From: Octopus sinensis
Taxonomy: Eukaryota
Reading direction: 5' to 3'
Length of the DNA: 64,000 bases
Assembly (NCBI RefSeq): GCF_006345805.1
Contig: NC_043010.1
Coordinates: forward strand, 37,510,001 to 37,574,000
How positions within the stretch are numbered: the stretch's first letter is position 1; the number at the start of each line of letters is the position of its first letter. Of the stretch, positions 48,601-62,000 are shown one piece after another. The notes beneath the pieces are model-generated. The model saw only the letters and a list, made by a program, of their open reading frames with translations, was not told where the DNA came from and made no database searches. The position numbers and the translations under genes are program-made.

Positions 48601-51600
48601 CTAGTAAACATTGAAGTCATACATTTTTATCCTTTTTTTTTTCAGATGTCTTTCCAAAGAGCTGCTCGTACAGATAAAGGTGTATCTGCTATTGGACAAG
48701 TTGTTTCACTGAAGATAAGTATCTGAACTGTTTTATTGTGTTATTTAAATTTTATACCTCATAACACCTCTAATTAGTCAAGCCAGCTCCATGTGAAGGA
48801 TACCAATGTTAGCAGCACATAAAAAGCACCTGTGTTGCTGCCATGTGAAGAGCATCTGTGCTTGTACCACAGAAAAAGCATTCATGCTGGCACCACATTA
48901 AAAACACCCATGTCAGCACCTTGTAAAAAGTATCCTTGCTGACATCATGTAATCAGTACCCATGTTGCTGTCACATATAAAGTACCTGTGCTGGCACCGT
49001 GTAAAAGCAACCAGTACACTCTGCAAAGTGGTTGGCATTAGAAAGGGTATCCAGCCATAGAAACCATTCCAAAACAGACAATTGGGGCCAAATGCAGCTC
49101 TCCAGCTTGTCAGCTCCTGCTGAACCATCCAACCCATGCCATCATGAGACAGACATAACACAGGCTATGCTTTCAGGTTTTTTGGATAAAGTTTTCAGAA
49201 ATAATCCAATGACTTTACCATTAATTCTGTGAAATATTCTCGGGTCCTGTTAGTACCTATTAATTTCAGTCACAAGGCATTTGACAGCCCATGGCTATCA
49301 TAGACGTTTTCAGATATTTGTGTCTGCAATAGAATTGCAGAATGCATTCAAATGGTGAGAGATATTTCCTTTTAGCTCACATTTGCTGCCTTTGTTTAAG
49401 TCAAATATTCCAGTTAAGAAAATGGCAGTTTGTATGTTGGAAGATATTAAGCGAGCGACTAGAATCCTTCGATCACCTCTGTCTACGCTGCATCCTTCGT
49501 GTCCAATGGCATCACTTTGTCTCCAACAATTTGGTGCGACACCAGTACAAAATCACCTCCCTCCGACAAGTCATCCTAACGAGATGTCTACGTTGGCTAG
49601 GTCATGCACTCCTTTGTCAACTAGGAGAATTCATCTATGAAGCAGTTGCCCCAGCTCCCCTTCGGGGCTGGCGAAAGCGATGTGGTGGACAACGAAAAAC
49701 ATAGCTAATGACAGTCAAAGCTGATCTGGAACCCAACCTAGGCCCCCATATCTACAGCATTCGCCGCTGGAATAAGGAGTGGTTGGAGATCACGTGGTCG
49801 CTAGCCTCAAATCGCCAGGTCTAGTTGGCATTTGTGAGAGATGCAGCACTGAGGATGAATGAAGCCAGCTCAACCCACCCCTGGTGAATGCTGTCTCAAG
49901 ACAAGACAAGACAGTTTGTATGTTGGGGTACAAGAAAATGGCAGTTGGGGTACACATCATACTTAGAGGCTTTGCTTTATTGCTTAATGTTTTTTTATAT
50001 TTTTTTTTTTACATGTTGATACATTTTGATAATTTGATTGATCGACTCAATGAGACACTTCCAAAACAGATCAGAATCTTAGGTAAGTCAGTCTTTTAAA
50101 TGATTTTAAATCTCTTGTTTTGTGGGTTTTCTCTTTCTCTTGTTTGTTTTATGGTTTTATTATTTATTGTTTGGTATGGGGGGAAAAAAAAGAGCCTTCT
50201 GATGAGAAATGAATGAAATTTATTTATTTATTCATCATCATCTTCATCATTTTTTAAACATTCACTTTTCCATGCTTACATGGGCCAGACAGTGGTGCAT
50301 TGAGCATAGTTTCTATGACCAGGTACCCTTCTTGTTGCTAGTCCCTGCTTATTTCCAAGCATGGTAATAATCTCTCAGTCTATGGAACAACAAACGGCCT
50401 GGACATGCTTGTATGGTAGACTGTCAGTAAACAACACCAGAAGACCATCCAGAAGCCATTGCTCACAAACCAGCAAACACACACAAGGGATATAAGAACT
50501 TACTCACACAACTTACAGACACACATGCACACACACACGCGTGCGTGCGACAGGCTTCTTTCAATTTCCGTCTTGCAAACCCACAGACAAAACTTTGGTA
50601 GGCTGGGAACTATAGTAGAAGATACTTGCCCAAAATGCCATGCATTGGGATTGAAACTGTGTGGCTGGGAAGCAAACTTCCTTACTACACTGCCTTGCTT
50701 GCACCTATCTTGCTTTCTACAATTTGCTTTCTACACAGAATTTTTAAATCAAAATGAAAAGAGATAACATTTGAGCTGGTAGTGAGTCAACTGGTTTATT
50801 GTATATCAATTCTAATTTTCTCTCGTGCTTTTCATTTTTGTAGGCATGCTGCGTACTACAAATTCTTTCAACAGTAAGAACCATTGTTCACATCGTACAT
50901 ACATTTATGTTATGCCAACGTTTGCACTGACTCCTGTAGAAGAGGTATGTATGTTGAAAATTGCATCTACAATGACAAATATTTTTTTTTTTTTGCAATA
51001 TTTGTTATTTAACCCTTTCGATACCAACCCGTCTAAAACTGCCTCTGGCTCTGTTGTACAAATGTCTTGTTTTCATTAGTTTTGAATTAAAATCTTTCAT
51101 CAAACCTAGTCACAATTTATGTTCCTAACACTAGCTTAATGACTGGACACTAAACTCTGCTTGCGAAGACCTGTTGAGTCAAGTGAAATCGAAATTGAAA
51201 TCAAATTCATGACTGGCATCCATGCTAGTGGAGCATGAAGAGCACCATCCGAGCGTGATCATTGCCAGAGCAGCTAACTGACTTCTATGCCGGTGGCACA
51301 TAAAAAGCACCATTGTTGCTAGTGCCGCTGGACTGGCTCCTGTGCAGGTGGTATGTAAAAAACACCATTTCGAGCGTGTCCATTGCCAGTACTGCCTGAC
51401 TGGCCCTCGTGCCGGTGGCACGTAAAAGCACCCACTACACTCTTGGAGTGATTGGCATTAGGAAGGGCATCCAGCTGTAGAAACTTTGCCAGATCAAGAT
51501 TGGAGCCTGGTGCAGCCATCTGGTTCTCCAGCCCTCAGACAAATCGTCCAACCCATGCTAGCATGGAAAGCAGACGTTAAACGATGATGATGATGATGAT

Positions 51601-52662
51601 GATGAAGAAGAAACACAGAACATCTCAAAATAAGTACAGTAACAGAAGGGTTAAAACCTTTAGCGCAACATGTGTTTATATATTTGGGGTGAATTATTTT
51701 GTAAGGATGAATAACAGAAACAATGATTTACTTGTAAAAGAAAATCTATGGTAGGATTCAGTTATGTTCCTTTATATTCAGAGTTTAAAGGGATAGCATG
51801 GCTTATCCCTTATTTGTCAATAGATAAAAAGTTCTAGTAATACACTGCAAGTTGATTCAAGGGCTTAGACACATACACACTCATAGTCACGCGTGTGCAT
51901 GCAGTATCTATATTCGTTTGTTCTTGTTTCACTCATTAGACTGTGGGACTGCTTTGAAGGGCTTAGTTGAATAAATTGATCCTGCTACTTCTGTTACTTC
52001 TTCCATTGGTCCTTTTCGCTGAACTGCTGAGTTTAGGGATCATAAGCAAAGCAACACTGGTTGTCAACTGGTTTTGGGACAAACACAGTGATATGCCCAC
52101 ACATTCATATATGCATGCATACATGATCATATGGTGCATGCGCACACACAAATGTGTGCACATGATGGTCTTCCAAATAGTTTCCTTAAACCAAATTCTG
52201 TCAAGGCATAGGTTGGTCTGGTGCTATAATAGAAGACACTTGCACAAGGTTCTGCACAGTGGAACTGAACCAGAGACCATGTAGTTGCAAAGAGAATGCC
52301 TTAGCTGCCCAGCCATACCTGTGCCAATATGTATATACATATATATATATATTTATATAACAAAAATATGGATAGAGGAAATCAGATCTTTAATTGTAGA
52401 ATTCATTATACAAAGCCGACAGTTGTTTCTGTTGTAGCAACAGATTTAGATATAGAAAATGTTGAAATTAATATATTCGAAAATGCATGTTAACACAATG
52501 TCTTCAAGGTGATCCAAAGTTGGTTAAATTCAAAGTGAACTAAGGAAATATTTCCAGTACACAAGCACATACAAAAAGAACATTAAGATGAAAAATAATC
52601 TAAGAAGACTTAATTTTGTATTCAACTCTTGATGATGTCAGTGGATAACAAAAGAATAAAAA

Positions 52663-52718
<56 letters not shown>

Positions 52719-52990
52719 CAAACTTACTTAGAAATGGATGCATGCGTTCTGTCGTGTAATAACAAATTAATAAATAAAATATATGCATATATGTACGTAT
52801 CTACATCTACATGTACATGCATATATGGTACAGGACACCAAAAAAACGTCGAACACAATGAAAAATGAAAACATAAACACAAAACCAAGGAACTGGACAT
52901 TTTTCTTAAACAACAAAAAAATAGAGTACTGGACAAATAACACAAGGAAAATTCCCCTTCTTCAGTCGCCATGGTTTCATCTACTCCGCG

Positions 52991-53047
<57 letters not shown>

Positions 53048-56000
53048 GTAGTTTACGTTTTCTTTTTTATGTTTTATTTGGTGTTTAAATTCTAAATGTT
53101 TTTTTCTTTCTTTCATTTCAGAATGTTGTTTTAGATTACAGAATAGAAGGTAAGCTTCCTGAAAAATATTTCCTTTCTGTCATTGAACTTTGAATTATGA
53201 AGGAGGTTAGATGACTTGCTGCTGTTTGGATTATGTCCTAACACAACATAACACGACCCTAGTTGATAGTATATCTCATAATAAGATAAAAATTGACAGT
53301 TCATATTCTGTAACTTGGTTCCTTCTCTCTCAGTGGCCATTCCACCTTAATGTATGGAGCTGGCAGCACTATTAAGAAAAGTTTCACAAGTGTTTTGTTG
53401 AACTGCAGTTTTTGAATTTAATGCCTTAAGTAAAGCAACCTAGAGTAGACTAGTTCAATGGCAGATTGAATCTTTTGATATCAACCTGTTTGAGACTATC
53501 CTTGGTCTTGTAATACAAGCTTCCTGTTTAAACCTTTCAGCATTCAAATTACTCAGTCAGATGTAAAGCTTATTCACATTCTCTTTACTCTCTTTTACTT
53601 GTTTCAGTCATTTGACTGTGGCCATGCTGGAGCACCGCCTTTAGTCGAGCAAATCGACCCCGGGACTTATTCTTAGTAAGCCTAGTACTTATTCTATCGG
53701 TCTCTTTTGTCGAACCGCTAAGTTACGGAAACGTAAACACACCAGCATCGGTTGTCAAGCGATGTTGGGGGGACAAACTCAGACACACACACATATATAT
53801 AGATATACATACATATATACGATGGGCTTCTTTCAGTTTCCGTCTACCAAATCCACTCACAAGGCTTTGGTCGGCCCGAGGCTATAGTAGAAGACAGTTG
53901 CCCAAGGTGCCACGCAGTGGGACTGAACCCTGAACCATGTGGTTGGTAAGCAAGCTACTTACCACATGTCTTGAATTAATTATGCATCATCTCATAACTT
54001 TGAGATTTCAATGATGTGATTGTTTATTTGTAGAATGACTTTGTAGGGAAGGTGTGAGAGGCCAGATCTGGTCAGTTTGAACATAAAACAGGTTGAATAT
54101 TTGGGCTGAATAAAGCTAAGTTTAAATGCTAAGGGATAAGTCATCATCATCATCATTATTGTCATCATCATTTAATGTCTGTTTTCTGTGCTAGCATGGT
54201 TTGGATGGTTTGGCAGGAGCTGGTAAGCCAGAGGGCTGTACCGGGCTCCAGTCTGTTTTGGTATGCGTTTCTACAACAGGATGCCTTTCCTAATGCCAAC
54301 AACTTCACAGAGTGTACTGGGTGCATTTTATGTGGTGCCAAAACCTTCCATCAAAACTTTATGCTAATTTATGTTCCAAAATGCCAGTGCAATAACGACA
54401 ACATTATTTTTCTAAATTCTTCATTATTTTCATAATAACCGAGCTAAAACATCATCATCATCATCGTTTAACGTCCGCTTTCCATGCTAGCATGGGTTGG
54501 ACGGTTCAACTGGGGTCTGGGAAGCCAGGAGGCTGCACCGGGCCCAATCTGATTTGGCAGTGTTTCTACAGCTGGATGCCCTTCCTAACGCCAACCACTC
54601 CGTGAGTGTAGGTTGTGCATTTTACATGCCACCAGCACAGGTGCCAGACGAGGCTGGAAACAGCCACGATCGGATGGTGCTTTTTACATGCCACCGGCAC
54701 GGAGGCCAGTCAGGGCGGCGCTGGCAACGGCCATGTTTGGATGGTTCTTTTACGTGCCATCGGCACTGGTATCACAACTACAATTTCCATTGATTTTGAT
54801 TGATTTCGATTTCACTTGCCTCAACAGGTCTTCGCAAGTCCTCAACAGGTCTTGTGCATTTCAATAGAAATTTAGTGACAAACGAGTTAAAGAGGCTCTA
54901 ACTCTCACATCTGCTTACTGCTAGAGAAACTGGGGAGATTATGAGTAGTCCAAGTGAACCCTTTTTTACCCTATTTTCCTCTCCATTGTAAACTGTGAAA
55001 GGATTTATTAAAACTTTTGATCTTCTGAATATTAGCAACAAGCAAATTGTGCAGTGATTGTGCTGATGTCACAAATCTGCTGTGCTGCACCGACCACTCA
55101 TGCATACTCGTGTCCACAACTAGGAACCTCTCTGTTACTGTTTGACTTGCTAGAAATAGCACATAAATCTTTCTCAAATTAAATTCAACTGACTTAACCT
55201 CCTAACATACACGTTATTTTTTCAGTTTCTATGATGGTGGTGGTGGTTGTTGGTGATGATGGTATAGTAGTAACAATAGTGGTTGTATGATGATGGTATA
55301 GCAGTAATAATAGTGGTTGTATGATGGTGATAGTGGTGGTAGTGATGAATATAAAGCTGGTTTTGGCAGTAGTAATGGTGGTATAGTAGCAACAATAGTG
55401 GTTGTATGATGATGATAATCATGGTGGTGGTGGTAGTTGCAGTGATAATCACTTCAATTATAATTGCAGTGATGATGGTTATGTTAAACCTAAAAATCCT
55501 ATTTCTTTATATTTCAGAAAGCAAACTGGAAGAGCTGAACAGCGTTTTAAGTTTGTTTAAGGGCACACATAATTTTCATAATTTCACCTCTGGACGGTAA
55601 GACATCCTCTCTTTCTTTCTTTCCTTTTGCTTATTCTCCTCTCATCCTCTCACTTTTTCCTCTTGTCTCTCTCTTTCTCTTTCTCACATTTCTTGTGATT
55701 TGTAGACAGTGGCATAGCTAGGGTAAACTGTGCCCGGGGCAAACTGCAAAAATGTGCCCCTTCCCTTACAAAATCCATGATATTATATAATACTTATTTG
55801 TTACAAGTAATTAATGTTTTAAAGCAATATTTTTGGAATAATTATTTTACCAGGGTTCATTTACCTGCCAGTTCAGTACAGCCTGTAATTAAAAATATAT
55901 TTTTTGAATGTTTACTTTTACGAAACCTCCTTATTTTAACCGTTTAATAATTGAAGCATTAAAAACATCTAATGTGTGAAATGAGATGTAATAAAAAAAA

Positions 56001-59000
56001 AAAAACAATTGTTTAATGTCTTGTCTTTCTTGCTTTTGATGAGGTGCTCCCCACTTCAATTGGCACCTGGGGCACATGTCCCCTTGACCACCCCACTAGT
56101 TACGCTACTGTTTGTAGAACAGTTCATACTTAGTCTGGGACCTTGTCCTTCATCTTGCTGTCGTGGGTGACTCTGCCAGAAGTTAATGCTTCTGAGACTG
56201 CTGCTCTCAGAATCATGGGTGAGGCATCATGCAAGCTTCTTGATCACAACAAGATTGATGACCCTTAGAAGGAAATTGATACTAGTATGACCAGTAGCAG
56301 CCATTCAAGAATTTGGACCTGAAGATCTCCATTTCCAGCGACTTCGAGGGCCACCTCCCAGTGGTGTCGGGCGTCAACGAAGAGCCCTCGACTACAACAA
56401 GATGACCAAAGTTTTTTTTCTTTCCAAGGTCTGGGGTCTCCCGCCCATAAGCCCTAGACCATCACCTAATCACCCTTACCCATCTTGTTGCTTAACAACA
56501 ACAACAACAGCAGCAGCAACACCACCACCATTACCACCACCACCATCACCACCACCACTGCTGAGGTGCTGCCACTGCCTGCACCACCACCTCCTCCTCC
56601 TGTTCCTATTGTTGTTATTGTTGTATAGCTGTACAATGTTGATAATATTGCTCATTGATATTTATCTTTTCTCCCTCTCTCTCATCTTATTTAGGAAATT
56701 CTCTGACCCAAGTGCCAACCGTTACATTATGGATTTTGAGGTAAGTTTTTCCCTTGTTTTTCAACATCTGTTGTTTCTTCTACTTCATTATTCATTCCAT
56801 TTACACCCAATCCCTCCACAGTCATCCCCTACTCATCCCTACCTTCCCTCCAACGTATACCTATCATCACTCATCTCTTGTTCTTCATTCATTATATTCA
56901 TTTCTTATCACTAACTTTCTCCCACTCTCTCATATACTCTTGCAGCCTCTACTCAGCCACACATCCTGTTCTCCACTCCCCTTGTACCTTGAAGGTCCAC
57001 ACTGTCCCCCTCCTTACTACTATTTTTAGCCCCTTCCAGTTCCACCTCAACCACTCTCATCCTCTCTCCTATAATCCTTTCTACTAGAGGCACAAGGCCT
57101 GAAATTGAAGGGGAAGGAGATAGTCGATTACATTGACCCCAGTACTCAACTGGTATTTAATTTATCAACTCTGAAAGGATGAAAGGCAAACTCGACCTCA
57201 GTGGAATTTGAACTCAGAATGTAGCAGCAGATGAAATACTGCTAAGCATTTCGCCCGGTAATATACAAGGGTTGATTGAATTGGTTCTACATTCTCCCAC
57301 TGCATTCCATGTAGGCGACTGTTTTAGTGCTCAAAAAGAAATCAATAATTTTATCGATTTGATGCTTTATTTCTCCTTCTTCTGCCTCTACTTTACATTA
57401 CATCCATATTTTCAGGCAGGAAAACCAGTGGTCATCGATGGTCTAGAGCTGGTCACTATCAGGATTCAAGGCCAAAGTTTTATGTTGCATCACATTCGTA
57501 AAATGATCGGTACGCTATTTACATATTTACATGTTTCCATGTTTCCATTGTTGATATTGTCTTGTTGTTGTGTTGCTGTTTTTGTTGTTATGTTGGTGGT
57601 ACTGTCTGATCTAGCAGACCTATGGTCAAAAATACATCATCCTTGACCCCACATGTCTTATTTTTCTTGTATAAATATATCAAGGACAAAAGAACGGTGA
57701 ATCAGCAGTCATTGGAGTGTCAGATAGAATGCTGTACCATATTTGTTTTGACTAAGGCTAAGAGCTGGCAGAATTGTTAGCACAAGACAAAATGCCTAGT
57801 GGCATTCTATCTGTCTTTACAGATATATATATAAATTTTAATTTAAAATGAGGGTGAGAAATTGGATATTAATTTAATTAACATCAATTTAACACCAGTG
57901 GTCTAGCATACTAAAATCTGAAGGTTCAGTAAATTGTATTATATACATATGAGAGGGATGACAACTATGTGGACAACCCTTATGCTAGAAGTAGATCTGC
58001 TATGGTCTTACCACTCAAGAAAAAATGGTAAGACCATAATAGATCTACTTCTAGCATAAGCCTTCTTAACCACACACCTATACCCACAACTATATATTGA
58101 TTTCGTTTTGTCTTTTCCAGGTTTATCAATAGCCATTGTTCGAGGATTTTGTGGGAAGGATGTCATTGATCTTGCATGGAAGGCTGAGAAAGTAAGTTGA
58201 GCTTCTTTTACTTGCTGCTATTGTTGTTGTTGTTGTTGTTTTTGTTGTTGTTGCTGTTAAGACTGCAGGTCATCTCAAGTGATAGTGGGGGATATTTTTT
58301 TGAGAGAATTTTGACTGTTATTTCTAGCAAGTCAGACAACCATGTTATAATGTAATAACGATAAGACTGATCTTAGATGTGGCTGTGTGGAAGGCTGCAC
58401 CAGACTCCGCTCTGTTTTGGCATGGTTTCTGTGGCTGGATGCCCTTCCTAATGCCAACCACTCTGGGAGTGCAATGGGTGCTTTTACGTGTGACTGGCAC
58501 GGGTGCCGTATGTGCAACACTGGTATCAGCCATGACTGCAGTTTTACTTGGCTTGATGGGTCTTCTCAAGCACGACATAATGCCAAATGGACTTGAAGCC
58601 CAGCATAATGCCAAATGGTCTTGGCCCTTGCCCCCATGAGGCCCAACACTCAAAAGGTAATTTAATTTATCATGCCACTGACACAAGTCCCATTTGTGTG
58701 ACAGCGGTGTCTGCCATAACTGCGATATTACCTGGCTTGATGGATCTTCTTCTCAAGCACAACATAATGCCAAGTATGTATGTAATTATATCATTGATTT
58801 ATCTCTAGTGTTCTGTTTTGTCTTTGATCAAGTAATGGAGTATGGGACCATTGAATGATGACAATATTTTTTGATAATAAAATTATGTGTTTGAACTGTT
58901 AAAACAATATGTTAATTATTTTCAAAATTTTTTCTTTACAGGTGGATGTTCCCAAAGCACCAGGATTGGGCCTTGTTCTAGAAAGGGTAAAGATTTTCTT

Positions 59001-62000
59001 TTTCTATTTCTATTTTCTTGCTATGGCCTGTGTATGTAGCACTTAAACCTTTTGTAATACATGGTGCTTTGGTTTGTGTAACCAAAAAGACCCAAATTTT
59101 TTTCTGTTGAGATTGAAATTGATGGGTGCATATAGAAAACAATGGATAAAGTGCTTAAAACTATCAGGTCCTTAAGAATGAAATGTCCGATTTTCTTATG
59201 CACCAAGTTTGACAGTTGTTAATGTTTTATTCTGACAATTCTTTGTTTTACAACATTGAAGAGTTACATCATCACTTTTCGAAATGCAATTCATGGCGTC
59301 TGATTATATTGTGAGTTTTCTTGTATACAAGTCAAATTTTTCAGACCAAAATTTACAGCCAAAAATGGTCGATTGATTTATATGCTAAAATGATTTTGGA
59401 AGACTAAAAATTCTATGTAAAATGCAGCAGGATTTGGAAAGATAGAGATGATGTTTGAATGTTTACATTATAAACATAAACTATGTTGACTTGTATGTTT
59501 GAGGAGAATATAGTAATATTTATATTATTCAAAGCACCATCCGATCGTGGCTGTTGCCAGCCTTGCCTGGCCCCCGTGCCGGTGGCATGTAAAAAGCACC
59601 ATCCGATCGTGGGCGTTTGCCAGCCTCGTCTGGCACCTGTGCCGGTGGCACGTAAAAAGACCCCACTACACTCACGGAGTGGTTGGCGTTAGGAAGAGCA
59701 TCCAGCTGTAGAAACATTGCCAGATCAGACTGGGCCTGGTGCAGCCTTCTGGCTTCCCAGACCCCAGTTGAACCGTCCAACCCATGGTAGCATGGAAAGC
59801 GGATGCTAAATGATGATGATGATGATTGAAAATGCCTCAACCCTTTAGGATTCAGATTATACTCTCAAGCGGGATGGTGGTTGTCTCTTGAGCCCCAGAA
59901 CAATGATTCTGCAATTTCTTACTGAACAACCATCACAGATAATTTGCTTATAGTGATCAAACGTTTGTACTTACTCATTAGCTCACTCCCTCCATCATGA
60001 TCGGCATTACCTTGTCAAAGCAATCACAAAAGCAATGTGAGATGCAGTGTTTTGCTGAAGAACACAAGGCACCACCTTGTTCAGGAATTGAACCCAAGAT
60101 CTCACAATTGTGAATGCAACCCTCCTAAGCACTAGGCGATACACCCCACTCTGTCAAATTAAATGTTTATTTAGTTACATTGGTTCAAATTAATCATGCG
60201 TTATCTCAGAGCTTTGAGATTTCAATGTTTAGTTTGAGAATGATATTGTAGGGTAGGTGCAAGAGGCCAGATCTGCTTAGTTTGATCACAAAACAGATTG
60301 CATATTTGAGCTGGACATGGCTGATTTAAGTGCTAAAAGGTTAAAATGTAAAAGATATATTATTGATACCATTCAAAATGTGACCGTGTGTGTACTGTTG
60401 GCGATTTTTTTTTCCTCTGTCTTCCCTTCTTCGGATCTTTCCTTCTCCTATGTTTCCGACGAAGAGCTCCGCTCGAAATGTTAAACCCTCCTTCTTTCCT
60501 GAGTGTCCAATAATACTATATTTGTTCCATGTCCTCGCATTGTTGTGTTTTTTTGTGCTTTCTGGTTTGGATTAACTTTATTATTGATATCATATGTTTT
60601 TAGAATCCCTAACTCAGAAGGAAGCAATTGTACTCCATTTATTGGGGTTGTGGGTTCAGCTCTAGCTTAGGTATTTTTGCTGTTATGAAAATAAGGGTGT
60701 ATAGCTTATCAATATTTGTAAAAGCTTTATCAACATAGCCATACAGTAGAATATTGTTAGATATAGATTATGCCTCTGATTTCATTCCATAGTTAATTTA
60801 GATTATTTAAGCAGTGGTTCCCAAAGTGGGCGGTATTGTTCCCCTGGGAGCGTTGGAAAGTTCCAAGGGGGCATTGAAGAAAAATGGGGTGATAATGGGG
60901 GTAGTGATTCATGTAAAAAGCAGGGCCATAATAAGGTAGCGATTCATGTAAAAACAACAAAATAATGGGTTCATTAGGTTAAGTTTTATTTGTGAAATAC
61001 AGTTGCTTTGAATTTGCTTTAGAAAGAGGTCTATGTTTGTGACGGTTAGTTGGGGTGGGGGCACTAGGGATATGGCTTGGATGTAAAGCGGGTGGCAACC
61101 CGAAAAAGTTTGAGAACCACTGGTTTAAAGCATTAGCTATATACAATGTTCTTTCCATACATTTTCAATCATTTTAATAACATTATCACAATGGAAAGAC
61201 CAAAATAGACTGCAAATCATGATGATGATGATAATGATGATTTAATGTCATCTTCCACACTGGCATAGGTTAGATGGTTTGATAGGATCTGACAAATTGT
61301 AGGGTCCTTTTAGTCCTGTCTTTCTGAGAATTTACCAGATTCTCTAGGGCTGGCGTCAGAAAAATTATTACCCAGTTGACTCCATATATTTACTAAATTC
61401 TTCATCACTTTTACATTTAATTGAAATGAAGTTATTGTATTCATTGCATTTTTCAACAGAAATTTGGTAACAAAAAAGGGGTTAACTAGTGTTTGAGTGG
61501 AATTGACTTCAGATTTGAGTGAAGTGTAAGTTGAGAAAGCCACTTGATAACAAAACATTAATTCATGTATGTTGTATAAAAGTCTTATAACTGAATTTCA
61601 TTGGTGTAAAATTGGTGTGATTTAATATTTGTCTTTTCTGGTTCTTCTGTCTAGTTGCATTATAATGGTTACAATAAACGGTTCGGCAATGATGGCATCC
61701 ATGAACCTTTAGTGTGGGATAAATATGATGTAAGTACGACTTCATGTTTTCACTATTATTATGACATGATCTCTCTCTCTCTATATATATATATTATATA
61801 CATGTGTGTGTGTGGACTGGGTGCTTTAAGTGGTACCTGCACTGACAGGGTCACCAATTACTTGCAAGACAGCACACACACACACACACGCACGCACGCG
61901 ATGGTTTTTCTGCATTCCTGGTCTACAAAATTCTGCCATAAAGCCTCGGGCTACAGTAGAAGGCATTTAGTCAAAGTGCTGCACTGTAAGATTGAACTTG

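Noticed and set aside
49969-50082. GT-AG alternative for the PUS1 exon 5-6 junction
   Set aside because: It would insert SFALLLNVFLYFFFY, translated from the pyrimidine tract, into a conserved core segment.
51230-51440. Repeat-spacer-like pattern resembling a CRISPR array
   Set aside because: Eukaryotic context; it is the internal tandem module of a SINE, with no unique fixed-length spacers.
52860-52990. Minus-strand CTGAAGA-AGGGGAA motif as a hammerhead
   Set aside because: No GAAA-NUH after the stem.
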